A DNA stretch of 64,000 nt from Candidatus Eiseniibacteriota bacterium. Its GTDB lineage: Bacteria; Eisenbacteria; RBG-16-71-46. The number at the start of each line of letters is the position of its first letter. Position 1 is the stretch's first letter. The stretch covers positions 3,934-67,933 of the forward strand of contig JBGAML010000022.1 in NCBI GenBank assembly GCA_044223005.1, given 5' to 3'. Of the stretch, positions 48,399-58,408 are shown piece after piece. The notes below the pieces were generated by a model. The model had not been told where the DNA came from, searched no databases, and saw nothing but the letters and a program-made list of their open reading frames with translations. The translations under genes and the position numbers were made by a program.

Positions 48399-49168
48399 GG
48401 CTGCGCCCCCGTGCGGACCGGCTCGCCGGCCGTCTTCCACGCGGGCAGGCCGCCGGTGAACACGACCACGCGATGGTACCCGGCGTCGAGCAGCGTGAAC
48501 GCGAGGTTGCGCGAGAGCTCGCAGTCGCCGCCGCCGCAGTAGACGACGATCGGGCGGCCCCTGGGGTCGAGCGACTTGGCGAGCGCGGGCTTCTTGAACA
48601 CGTCGTCGAAGGGCAGGTTGGTCGCGCCCGCGATGTGCTCCTCGGCGAACTCTTCGGCCGAGCGCGCGTCCACGAACAGCGCCGCGCCGGCGGCGTACAG
48701 TTTGCCGACCACCTCGACGCCGGCCTGGATCGGGTCGCGCGAATCCGGGATCACGGGCACGTCGGCCGCGGCGGGCGCGGTTGCCGTCGGCGCGGTGGCG
48801 GTCGCGGGCGTCGTCGCCGGGGCGGTCGCCGCGGGCGTCGCGCCGGGCTTCGCCGCGTGCGCCGCCGGCTTCGCGTGCGCGGAGTCGCGCGACGCGGGCG
48901 TCGCCGTTGTGGCGGGCGCCGGCGCGGGGGCCGGATCGGGCGTCGTCGCCGCGACGGGCGCCGGCGCGGTGGACTGCGGCGCCGGCGAGACCTGCTCGAG
49001 CGACACCACCTTGCGCTCGCCCTTCACCCACGTGAGCGCGCGGCTCGGGTCGGCCGAGAGCTGAAGCACGTTGAAGAGGACGCCCAGTGCGGCGCCCGCG
49101 ATCACGATCGTCAGCACGTCGCGCGCCCGCAGGCCGTCGTCGTGCGGAGTGTTGTCGGTCATCGGCAT
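48395..49168 (-). CDS. Membrane-anchored rhodanese-domain protein
   Basis: N-terminal TM, Ala/Pro/Thr linker, FVDARS..EF...HIAGA, VYCGGGDCELS, GGLPAW. Start may be 49162. Confidence 0.88.
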   Translation of the reverse strand: MPMTDNTPHDDGLRARDVLTIVIAGAALGVLFNVLQLSADPSRALTWVKGERKVVSLEQVSPAPQSTAPAPVAATTPDPAPAPAPATTATPASRDSAHAKPAAHAAKPGATPAATAPATTPATATAPTATAPAAADVPVIPDSRDPIQAGVEVVGKLYAAGAALFVDARSAEEFAEEHIAGATNLPFDDVFKKPALAKSLDPRGRPIVVYCGGGDCELSRNLAFTLLDAGYHRVVVFTGGLPAWKTAGEPVRTGAQP

Positions 49169-49305
49169 GGGTCCCGGATGCAGGTGCGATTCCGGCGCGC
49201 AGTGCACCGCGCGCGAGTCTCGAGTCGATCAAGGATACCGCGCCGCGCGAGCGCGGGAGAAGCGGCGCGTGACCCGTGCGGCGTCCGGGGCGTAAAGTCG
49301 TTGTC

Positions 49306-50580
49306 ATGGCCGCACCGCGCTTCGATCCGCTCGCCTACCGCGAGCCGCGCCCCGTGCCCGCACTGATCCACGCGCTCGGGCCGGTCAACCGCCATCTCAT
49401 GCTGCGCGCGCTGCTGCGGCTCGCGCGCTTCGAGATCCCGGCGCCGGACCTGGCGCGGCTGCGCGCGGCCGTGAACCGCGACACCGCGGCGTTCCTCGGG
49501 CCCAACCATCCCGAGTTCATGACCGACTGGCTGATCGACAAGGAGATCTCGCGGCTCGTCTCGCCACTCATGGCGCACTGGGCGTCGTACGAGATCGTCA
49601 ACGGCTCGCCGTTCACGCAGCGCTTCTGGCTCGCGAACAACCTGATCTCCAATGCGCCCGGTGGCGGCGGCAAGGCCTACTCGGTCGAGTGGGCGCTGCG
49701 CGGTCACGGCGTGCTGCTGCACCCCGAGGGCACCGCGACGTGGCAGGCGCAGCGCGTCTCGGCACTGCTGCCGGGCATCGTCGACATGGCGTGGGAGACC
49801 GCGAAGCGCGTGCGCGAATCGGGCGGCACGCGGCCCGTGTTCGTGGTGCCGCTCAACTGGTCGCTGCACTTCACCGGTGACGCGGGCCCGGCGCTCGCGC
49901 GCGAGATCGCGCACGTGGAACGCGCGCTCGCGCTGCCGCCCACGCGCGGGCCGGTCGAGGCGCGCTTCGGCGAGCTGCTCGCGAACGTGCTGCTGCACCA
50001 GTGCGCTCGGCTCGGCCTCGAGGCGCCGCGCGAGCCGCAGGGCGCGGGCTACTTCGCGGCGCAGCAGGCTGCCCGCGCGGCCATCGTGGCGCGGCTCGAA
50101 GCGGCGCACGGCGCGCTGGACCCCGATCCCGTGCGCGCGCAGCACCAGGTGCGGCGCGCGATCCGCCGCCGCGCGAAGGACGATCCCGAGGGCGCGCGCC
50201 GCGACCGCGCCCTGGTCGGCGAACTGCAGCGGCTCGTGTCGTTCGACCCGGCGCTCTACGACCAACCCTCGCTCACGCAGGAGCAGATGGCCGAGACGCT
50301 CAAGCGCACGCGCACCTCGCTGGTGACGCGCGGACTCGCGAACGCGATCCACAACGTGATCCCGATCGCCGTGGCGCCGCGTGCGGTGCACGTGCGCGTG
50401 CCCGAGCCGCTCGACGTGGGCGCGGCACTGGCGGCGGGCGGCGATCCCGACGCGGCGCGGGCGGAGCTGCTGCAGGAGCTGCACGCGCGGCTGCAGGCGG
50501 GTGTCGACGCCCTGCGCGCCGAGGGCGCCCCGGTGACCGACCGGCACCGCCGCCCGAATCCCCTGCATTCGCGCGCGTAA
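49306..50580 (+). CDS. PlsC-like acyltransferase-fold protein
   Basis: GPNHPEFMTD, LLHPEG, VFVVPL, HVRVPEPL resemble glycerolipid acyltransferase blocks. Confidence 0.6.
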   Translation: MAAPRFDPLAYREPRPVPALIHALGPVNRHLMLRALLRLARFEIPAPDLARLRAAVNRDTAAFLGPNHPEFMTDWLIDKEISRLVSPLMAHWASYEIVNGSPFTQRFWLANNLISNAPGGGGKAYSVEWALRGHGVLLHPEGTATWQAQRVSALLPGIVDMAWETAKRVRESGGTRPVFVVPLNWSLHFTGDAGPALAREIAHVERALALPPTRGPVEARFGELLANVLLHQCARLGLEAPREPQGAGYFAAQQAARAAIVARLEAAHGALDPDPVRAQHQVRRAIRRRAKDDPEGARRDRALVGELQRLVSFDPALYDQPSLTQEQMAETLKRTRTSLVTRGLANAIHNVIPIAVAPRAVHVRVPEPLDVGAALAAGGDPDAARAELLQELHARLQAGVDALRAEGAPVTDRHRRPNPLHSRA

Positions 50581-50601
50581 GCCGCGGGCCCCGCCGCGGC
50601 A

Positions 50602-50628
50602 TCAAGGCCTTTCCTGCGCGTCCGAGAC
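50602..50628 (+). promoter_or_regulatory. Putative sigma28 (FliA)-like promoter TCAAG-N14-TCCGAGAC
   Basis: Same architecture as 51981-52007; upstream of the HDOD gene. Confidence 0.55.
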
Positions 50629-50722
50629 TCGTGGGAGCAGCTCTCGGCCGGTTCCCTCCCGGCATCCGGACTTCCGGCAGGCGGTTCCGGACTCCCTCGC
50701 GGCCGAAACTGGGGACATCGTC

Positions 50723-51913
50723 ATGAAGCGCATCCTCTGTGTCCATCCCGATGCCGGCGTGCTCGAAGCGCACCGGCGCACGCTGCTGGAGCGTGCGCGG
50801 GAATGGGAAGTGCGGCTGGAGCGCACCACCGCGACCGGCGTCGCGGCCTTCCAGTCGTGGCGTCCCGACGCCGTGCTCGCGGCGATCGCGCCTCCCGACG
50901 TGGACGGCGTCGCACTGCTCATGCAGGTCCGCGACGAGGAACCCGAGACGATCCGGATCGCGTTGGGTGACGACGCCCCGAACGATGCCACGCTCCGCAG
51001 CCTGCGGATCGCGCACCGCGTGCTGCCGGGCTCGGTGCCGCCCGGCGAGCTGAGCGAGGCCGTGCGCCGCGCGCTGCTGCTGCGTGACCTGGTCGCGGGC
51101 CCGGAGTTGCGCCGGCTGCTCGGCGACGTGGGCCCGCTGCCCGCCGTGCCGCGCGTCTACTCCGAGCTCACGCGCCGCCTCGCCGATCCGTCGGTGTCGG
51201 TGATCGAACTGGCCGAACTGGTGTCGGAAGACCCCGCGCTGGCCGCGCAGGTGCTGCGCATGGCGAACAGCGCGTTCTTCGGCCGCGACCGCGCCGTGTC
51301 GGGACTCGCCGACGCCGCCGCGCGCCTCGGCACGCGGCTGCTGCGGAGCCTCGTGCTCCACGCCGAGCTCTACGGCGGCTTCCCGCTGCCGCCCGCCGAG
51401 GTGGGCCGGATCGAGGCGTTCCAGCGGCACTCGGCGCTCGTGGCACGCATCGCGTCGGGCCTCGAACCGCGGGCGCCGTGGCTGGACGACGCGTTCTCCG
51501 CGGGCCTGCTGCACGACCTGGGCAAGCTCGTGCTGCTCTCGCGGCTGCCCAAGCGCTACGAGGCGATCGAGGCCGAGGCACTGCGCAGCGGCCGCGAACT
51601 GCACGTGGTCGAGGCCGAGCAGCTGGGCGCGCACCACGGCACGATCGGCGCCTGCCTGCTCGGCATGTGGGGCCTGCCGAGCGTGATCCTGGAAGCCGTG
51701 CACGGCCACCACGGGATGCCCGTCGAGGCGACGCCACGCCTCGACGCCGTGCGCGCCGTTGCGCTCGCCGACCGCCTCGCGCACGACGTCACGGATCCGG
51801 ACGACGTGCGCAAGCGAAGGCCGGCGCTGCCGCTCGCGCTCGTGACCGATCCGCGCTGGGGCTGGTGGCGCGAGATGGCCGAGCAGCTCGCCGAGGAGTG
51901 CAGCACGGTCTGA
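50723..51913 (+). CDS. HDOD-domain protein with degenerate N-terminal receiver
   Basis: LPAVP, EDPALAAQVLRMANSAFFG, HS, AGLLHDLGKL, H..IGA.LL..WGLP, HH. Confidence 0.9.
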   Translation: MKRILCVHPDAGVLEAHRRTLLERAREWEVRLERTTATGVAAFQSWRPDAVLAAIAPPDVDGVALLMQVRDEEPETIRIALGDDAPNDATLRSLRIAHRVLPGSVPPGELSEAVRRALLLRDLVAGPELRRLLGDVGPLPAVPRVYSELTRRLADPSVSVIELAELVSEDPALAAQVLRMANSAFFGRDRAVSGLADAAARLGTRLLRSLVLHAELYGGFPLPPAEVGRIEAFQRHSALVARIASGLEPRAPWLDDAFSAGLLHDLGKLVLLSRLPKRYEAIEAEALRSGRELHVVEAEQLGAHHGTIGACLLGMWGLPSVILEAVHGHHGMPVEATPRLDAVRAVALADRLAHDVTDPDDVRKRRPALPLALVTDPRWGWWREMAEQLAEECSTV

Positions 51914-51980
51914 GCGCCGCCGGCGAAAACGCGGCGCGCACGCGCGCTGCGGGTCGCCCCGGCCTCGTGAGGCCGCCTCC

Positions 51981-52007
51981 TCAAGAGTCCGGACCGCGCT
52001 CCGATAC
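51981..52007 (+). promoter_or_regulatory. Putative sigma28 (FliA)-like promoter TCAAG-N14-TCCGATAC
   Basis: Close to the TCAAG-N14-GCCGATA type consensus; upstream of the response regulator. Confidence 0.6.
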
Positions 52008-52109
52008 TTCCGGGCGTGACCCGCTTCGCCGACGCCGGGCCCGCTGGGGCGCGCCGTCGGCGGCCGCGGTGGCGTTCCCTCGACGCCGGCAGACCCACCG
52101 GAGGCGACC

Positions 52110-52748
52110 GTGAACCCGACCCTGAAGACGGCGAACCCGCGCGAAGTGATCGTCGCGGACGACGACCGCACGATGCGCAAGATCATCGGGACGATCCTCG
52201 AGGAGAACGGCTACGTCGTGAGCACCGCGGTGAGCGGCCTGCAGCTGCTCGACCGGCTGCGCCGCGGCACGCTGCCCTCGCTCGTGGTCACGGACTGGGA
52301 GATGCCGGGCGCGTCGGGCGTCGACGTCTGCCACAAGATCCGCAACCATCCGGATGGCGACCGCTACTACATGATCGTCGTCACCGCGGGCACCACCGAG
52401 GAGCACCTGCTGACCGCGCTCAACGAAGGCGCCGACGACTACCTGCCCAAGCCCTTCCGCGTGCCCGAGCTGCTCGCGCGCGTGCGCGCCGGAGCCCGCG
52501 TGCTCGAGATGCGCGAGCGGCTCGCGCGCAAGGTCGAGGCGCTGGAGAAGACGCTCGCGGGCGCGCCCTCCGCCTCGCCGACGATCCCGCTCTGCCCCTA
52601 CTGCCAGCGCGTGCGCTCGGGTCCGCACGAGTGGCAGACGGTCGAGGAGTACCTCGAAGCGCACGCAGGTCCCTCGACGCCGGAAGCGGCGTGCGAGGAG
52701 TGCGCCGAGGCGCTGCGCCGCGAAGCCGAGGACGAGCGCGCCGCCTGA
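52110..52748 (+). CDS. Response regulator with C-terminal four-Cys domain
   Basis: VADDD, VTDWEMP, GADDYLPKPF; tail IPLCPYCQRVR...W..VEEYL...CEEC. Confidence 0.88.
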   Translation: MNPTLKTANPREVIVADDDRTMRKIIGTILEENGYVVSTAVSGLQLLDRLRRGTLPSLVVTDWEMPGASGVDVCHKIRNHPDGDRYYMIVVTAGTTEEHLLTALNEGADDYLPKPFRVPELLARVRAGARVLEMRERLARKVEALEKTLAGAPSASPTIPLCPYCQRVRSGPHEWQTVEEYLEAHAGPSTPEAACEECAEALRREAEDERAA

Positions 52749-52766
52749 GCGGGGCCGTGCGGCGCG

Positions 52767-53450
52767 TCAGCGCGGGCGCGTGCGCTCGCGCAGCCACGCC
52801 GCGAGCGCGTGGTGGCCGCGTTCGTCGGCGACGTCCGCCGCGGCGCGGCCGTCGTCGGTGCGCGCGTGGGGGTCGGCGCCCGCTGCGAGCAGCTGCTCGG
52901 CGAGCGCGCGGTCGTCCTGCTGCGCCGCCGCCATGAGCGGCGTGTAGCCGCCCGCCTGGCGCGCGTCGGGCGGCGCGCCGCGCTCGAGCAGCGCCGCGAC
53001 GCTGGCCAGGTCGCGCGCCGCGGCCGCGCTGTGGAGCGGCTGCAGCGCGGAGCCGTTGGTCGCGACCGCCGCCGGTTCGGCGCCCGCCGCGAGCAGCTCG
53101 GCGACCAGCGCCGGGTGTGCGAAGTACGCGGCGAGGTGGAGCGCGGTGAAGCCGTCGTGCGAGAACGCCCGCACCGCCTGGGGATCGCGCGCCAGGTGCG
53201 CGCGGACGGCGGCGGCATCACCCACCGCGGCGGCCTCGAAGAGATCGAGCGCCGGCCGCTCGGCGAGCAGCCGGTCGCGTACCGCCAGCTGCCGCGCGTA
53301 GCACGCCCACGTCACCGCCGAATGCCGGGAGGCGTTGCGCGCCGAGGCGAGCGCCGGGCGCGCGCGCAGCATGCGGTCGACCGCGTCCACGTCACCCGCA
53401 CGAATCGCGGCGAACAGTGCGTCGATCTCGTCGCTCAGCGGCATGGCCAC
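52767..53450 (-). CDS. Ankyrin-repeat protein
   Basis: DGFTALHLAAYF, QPLHSAAA, GYTPLMAAA. Confidence 0.9.
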   Translation of the reverse strand: MAMPLSDEIDALFAAIRAGDVDAVDRMLRARPALASARNASRHSAVTWACYARQLAVRDRLLAERPALDLFEAAAVGDAAAVRAHLARDPQAVRAFSHDGFTALHLAAYFAHPALVAELLAAGAEPAAVATNGSALQPLHSAAAARDLASVAALLERGAPPDARQAGGYTPLMAAAQQDDRALAEQLLAAGADPHARTDDGRAAADVADERGHHALAAWLRERTRPR

Positions 53451-53464
53451 CTCCGGATGGACGA

Positions 53465-53495
53465 ACGGCCTCCAGGGACTCGCCCCGGAGGCCGT
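53465..53495 (-). terminator. Hairpin after outer-membrane protein gene
   Basis: ACGGCCTCC...GGAGGCCGT. Confidence 0.45.
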
Positions 53496-53513
53496 CGCGT
53501 GTTCGTGCAGCGA

Positions 53514-54089
53514 CTAGTTCATCAGCCAGCCGTAGCGCAGCGCGACCGAGATCATGTTCGCGGAGTCGCCACCGTCGCTCGAGATGCTGTGGTACAGCAC
53601 CTCGGCGCCCCACGTGGTCTTGTCGTTGATCTTCCAGTCGGCGCCCGCGCCCACGTTGAAGCCGAAGTTCGTGTCCGTGACCTTGACCGAGCCGAGGCCG
53701 GTGGTGGTGCCCTTCACGGACGTCGAATACATGCCGAGGCCGACCTTCAGGTACGGCATCTCGTTCGTCTTCAGCTTGACGAAGTACTTGCCGTGCACGC
53801 CGTACGACACGAAGCTGGCTTCGCTGCTGGACGTCGTGCTCAGGATCGTGACGTCCTTCTTGCCGAACTTGTAGTAATTGATGTCACCGCCCACGCCGAA
53901 CATCTCGTTCACGTGGTACGTGTACGTGCCACCGCCGAAGTAGCCGGTGCCGGCGGCGTCCGACAGGTCGCCGGTCGGCAGCGCCACGCCGGCGTTCAGG
54001 CCGAACTCGCCCTTGACGTCGGCCGCGTGAGCGGCGATAGCACCCATCGCAACCAGCATCAGTGCAGCAACGAGAACGCGGAACTTCAT
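53514..54089 (-). CDS. Small outer-membrane beta-barrel protein (OmpA/PagP-type 8-stranded)
   Basis: ATG 54089 after GGAGG; signal peptide; PYLKVGLG, FGFNVGAG, ISVALRY. Confidence 0.8.
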   Translation of the reverse strand: MKFRVLVAALMLVAMGAIAAHAADVKGEFGLNAGVALPTGDLSDAAGTGYFGGGTYTYHVNEMFGVGGDINYYKFGKKDVTILSTTSSSEASFVSYGVHGKYFVKLKTNEMPYLKVGLGMYSTSVKGTTTGLGSVKVTDTNFGFNVGAGADWKINDKTTWGAEVLYHSISSDGGDSANMISVALRYGWLMN

Positions 54090-54314
54090 GAGACCTCCAT
54101 GGTCGGGGAGAAGTGGATTCGGGACGTGCGCCCGTTCACTTTCGCTCGGCTCGGGGCCAAGGCGGGCGGTTGGATGACGTCGTCCCACGAAGCGATTCGG
54201 CCGGCGAGTGCCGCCAGGCCGCGGGAACGCCTCTGCGCAGGACTATAGCCAAAGGCGCTTGCGCGGCAAGGCCCGGGCGCTCCCGAGCCGCGCAAACCGT
54301 ATCGGCAACGGAGT

Positions 54315-54343
54315 TTGACGCTGCGCTCGCCCCGGCCTAGCTT
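54315..54343 (+). promoter_or_regulatory. Sigma70-type promoter for leaderless ispG
   Basis: TTGACG-N17-TAGCTT, then 6 nt to ATG 54350. Confidence 0.65.
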
Positions 54344-54349
54344 CGCCCC

Positions 54350-55591
<1,242 letters not shown>

Positions 55592-55599
55592 CTGACGTC

Positions 55600-57543
55600 T
55601 CAGCCCAGCGTCGCCAGCACGTCCTTCGCGAAGGCCGTGAGCGACGGGTCGCGCGCGCCCATCACGAGCACGAGATCGCCCGGCTGCGCCACCTCGGCGA
55701 GCCGCGCGGCGAGCCACTCGCGCGAGGGCGCGAACTCGGCGTCGGCGCCGCGCGCGACCATCTCGCGGACGAGATCGGCCGCGGAGAAGTCGCGCACGGC
55801 GGTGCCGCCGGCGTAGAAGACCTCGAGCAGCCACGCGCGGTCGGTGGGCCGCAGCTCGGTGGCGAAGGTCTCGACGAGATCCTCGCGCAGGAAGCGCGTC
55901 GGGCCGTAGCCGTGCGGCTGGTAGATCGCGAGCACGCGCTTCGCGCGCAGGCGCGCCGTGGCGAGCGCGGCGCGGATCTTGGCCGGGTTGTGCGCGAAGT
56001 CGTCCACCACCTCGACGCCGCGCGCGACGCCCAGCGACTGGAAGCGGCGCGAGACGCCGCGGAAGCCCGCGAGCGGCGCCACCATCTCGGCGAGCGGCAC
56101 GCCGACCGCACGGCACGTGGCGATCGCGGCGAGCGCGTTCTCGACGTTGTGCCGCCCCGGCACCGGCAGCGTGAACGCGACGCCGTCGACGGCGAAGCGG
56201 CTGGCGCTCGGACCCAGCTCCACCCCCGTGCCGCGCACCGTGGCCCGCTCGCCGAAGCCGAACACGATCGCGCCGTCGCGCAGCGCCCCCAGCGCGTCCT
56301 CCTCGCCGCAGACGAACGCCTCGCGCGTGCGCGCGCGCAGCGTGGCGAACATGCCCGCGACTTCGGATTCCGGCCGGTGGTCGCGCGACAGGTTGAGCGC
56401 CACGCCCACCGCGGGCGCGTAGCGCACCAGCGAGCCGTCGCTCTCGTCGGCCTCGACCACGAGCAGGTCGGACTTGCCCGCCCACGCGTTGCCCCAGAGA
56501 CCTTCCGATTGCAGCGCGACCAGGTCGCCGCCCGTGATGACGGACGGATCGCGCCCGGCGCCGCGCAGGATCTCGAACACCATCGCCACCACGGTCGACT
56601 TGCCGCTCGTGCCCGCGATCGCGAGCGAGCGGAACGCGCCCACCCAGTGCGCGAGCAGCTCGGAGCGGTGCACGATCGGCAGGCCGTGGCGGCGCGCCTC
56701 GGCGACGTCCGGCACCGTGTCCTCGACCGCCGTGCTCGCCACCACCGCCGCGCAGTCGCCGCGCGCGCCGGTGCCGTCCTGCGGCACCACCTGCACGCCC
56801 AGAGCCTCCAGCTGCGCGCGCGCCTCGGGCCGCTCGCCGCGATCGAAACCGCGATCGCTGCCGCTCGCCCGCCCGCCGCGCATCGCCTGGAACTGCGCGA
56901 GCGCGCTCATGCCGCTGCCGCCCACGCCCGCGTAGTGGAAGCGCGCCGTGGCCGTGAGCGGATCCGGCATCGGCGCCGGCTCGGGCGCCACGACGACGAC
57001 CGGATCGCCCGGCTCGACGCGATCGAAGAGCGCGAGCACGTCGGCGTTGGAGAGCCGCACGCAGCCGTGCGAGGCGGGCCGACCGAGCGCGCCCTCGTGG
57101 TTGGTACCGTGCAGGTAGATGTAGCGCTCGAGCGAGTCGCGCCCGGGGCCGCGGTTGACGCCGTCCTCGAGCCCTTCGAGCGTCAGGATGCGCGTCAGGA
57201 TCAGGTCGTCGTCGCGCGTCTCGCCCCGCCAGACCTCGCCCGTGGGTTCGCGGCTCGTGAACACCGTGCCCGCTTCGGCGCCCTCGCCCACCTTGCGGTG
57301 AACGCGGTGCCAGCCCGGCGGCGTCTTGAACGAGCCGCTCTCGCCGCCGATGCCGTTGGCGGCCGTGGAGACCGGCCATTCGCCCGCGACCTCGCCGTCC
57401 TCGAGCAGGTAGGCGCGCTGACCGCTCACGTCGACGAGCACCATGCGGCGCGGCGCCTCGCGGAACGGCGAGCGCGCGCGCGCGAGCGCCGCGGCGAGCA
57501 GCGGGGAAACGACGGGATCGGACGCAGCGGTGCGGTGGGCCAT
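55600..57543 (-). CDS. L,D-transpeptidase (YkuD) domain fused to a MurC/Mpl-type Mur ligase
   Basis: ATG 57543; VSTA, KTPPG, IYLHGT...ASHGCVRL; then HYAGVGGSGMSALA, GSD, GTSGKST, VEADESD, DH, HNVENA, RRF, DDFAHNP, YQPH in one frame. Confidence 0.88.
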   Translation of the reverse strand: MAHRTAASDPVVSPLLAAALARARSPFREAPRRMVLVDVSGQRAYLLEDGEVAGEWPVSTAANGIGGESGSFKTPPGWHRVHRKVGEGAEAGTVFTSREPTGEVWRGETRDDDLILTRILTLEGLEDGVNRGPGRDSLERYIYLHGTNHEGALGRPASHGCVRLSNADVLALFDRVEPGDPVVVVAPEPAPMPDPLTATARFHYAGVGGSGMSALAQFQAMRGGRASGSDRGFDRGERPEARAQLEALGVQVVPQDGTGARGDCAAVVASTAVEDTVPDVAEARRHGLPIVHRSELLAHWVGAFRSLAIAGTSGKSTVVAMVFEILRGAGRDPSVITGGDLVALQSEGLWGNAWAGKSDLLVVEADESDGSLVRYAPAVGVALNLSRDHRPESEVAGMFATLRARTREAFVCGEEDALGALRDGAIVFGFGERATVRGTGVELGPSASRFAVDGVAFTLPVPGRHNVENALAAIATCRAVGVPLAEMVAPLAGFRGVSRRFQSLGVARGVEVVDDFAHNPAKIRAALATARLRAKRVLAIYQPHGYGPTRFLREDLVETFATELRPTDRAWLLEVFYAGGTAVRDFSAADLVREMVARGADAEFAPSREWLAARLAEVAQPGDLVLVMGARDPSLTAFAKDVLATLG

Positions 57544-57916
57544 CGGCGCAGGATGCCACACGGTGCGAACGCGCGCGCATGGAGAACGGGGACCCACCCG
57601 AAGGCGAGTCCCCGCCTCGTCCCGCGAGCGGCCCGCGGGTGAAATCGTATGGCGGTGTGCGCGCGCCGGGTGGCCCGTGGCGGGCAGTTGCAGTCGCGCT
57701 GGGCTTCCGGCCCGGTCGCCCCGAGCGCTGCGGCGCAAGGGCCTGCAGGGCTCCGGAGCGCGAACCCGTCAACGTGACGACAATGTCAAATCTGACCGCA
57801 CATTGTCAAGTAGAAGCGATCCGAGGATGGGGGTTCGATCCCCTGTACAGGGGGCGGCCGCATCCTCGATGAAATCTCGCCACTTCATGAACGCGGAGTC
57901 GGAGCTCCGGCTCGCC

Positions 57917-58234
57917 TCAGGGAATGAAATCCACCTTCCATCGGATCCCCCGGCTGCTGAGCGCTTTGCCAACTCGCTCAACAGCACGCTGGCGCAGCTT
58001 GGCCTCGATGGGCATTCGGCGTCCCTCCCGATCGACATAAGAGATCTCGTCCCTTTGAACGATGCGTTCGAATGGACCCATCAGCATCTCCGACTCGATC
58101 AAGACCATCCCAGGGTCACCGTCCTCCTCGTAGGTCATGTGCGAGCGAGTCCACGAGATCGTGTAGGGCGCGTTCGGCATTCCATTGAAGAGCTTCCGGA
58201 TTGCTCGGTGCAACTTGCTCGAGGGCTTTGGCAT
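57917..58234 (-). CDS. Small protein of unknown function in a lower-GC patch, possibly an Imm74-like immunity protein
   Basis: Start re-picked at ATG 58234 (AGGTG upstream); protein-like composition unlike GC shadow ORFs; YTISWTRSHMTY...IESEML resembles Imm74-type proteins from memory only. Confidence 0.5.
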   Translation of the reverse strand: MPKPSSKLHRAIRKLFNGMPNAPYTISWTRSHMTYEEDGDPGMVLIESEMLMGPFERIVQRDEISYVDREGRRMPIEAKLRQRAVERVGKALSSRGIRWKVDFIP

Positions 58235-58408
58235 TTCACCTGCCTCGCACTTCACGGTGATCAGGAAAGCAGGACGTCGGCCCAACATGAATCGCACGTC
58301 ACTGAAACGCCCTCGGTCCGCGGGTCATGGCCGTAACGAGCGGGCGCCTTCGACTCCAGGGCCCACCGCCACGCGCGAGTCCCGTATGGCCACCTCATGC
58401 CCGCTCCC

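Noticed and set aside
48760-48990. Low-complexity GC repeats
   Set aside because: Encodes the Ala/Pro/Thr linker of the rhodanese protein.
57790-57870. Possible tRNA gene (GGTTCGATCCC)
   Set aside because: No D-arm, anticodon arm or acceptor stem could be built; kept only as a structured-element finding.
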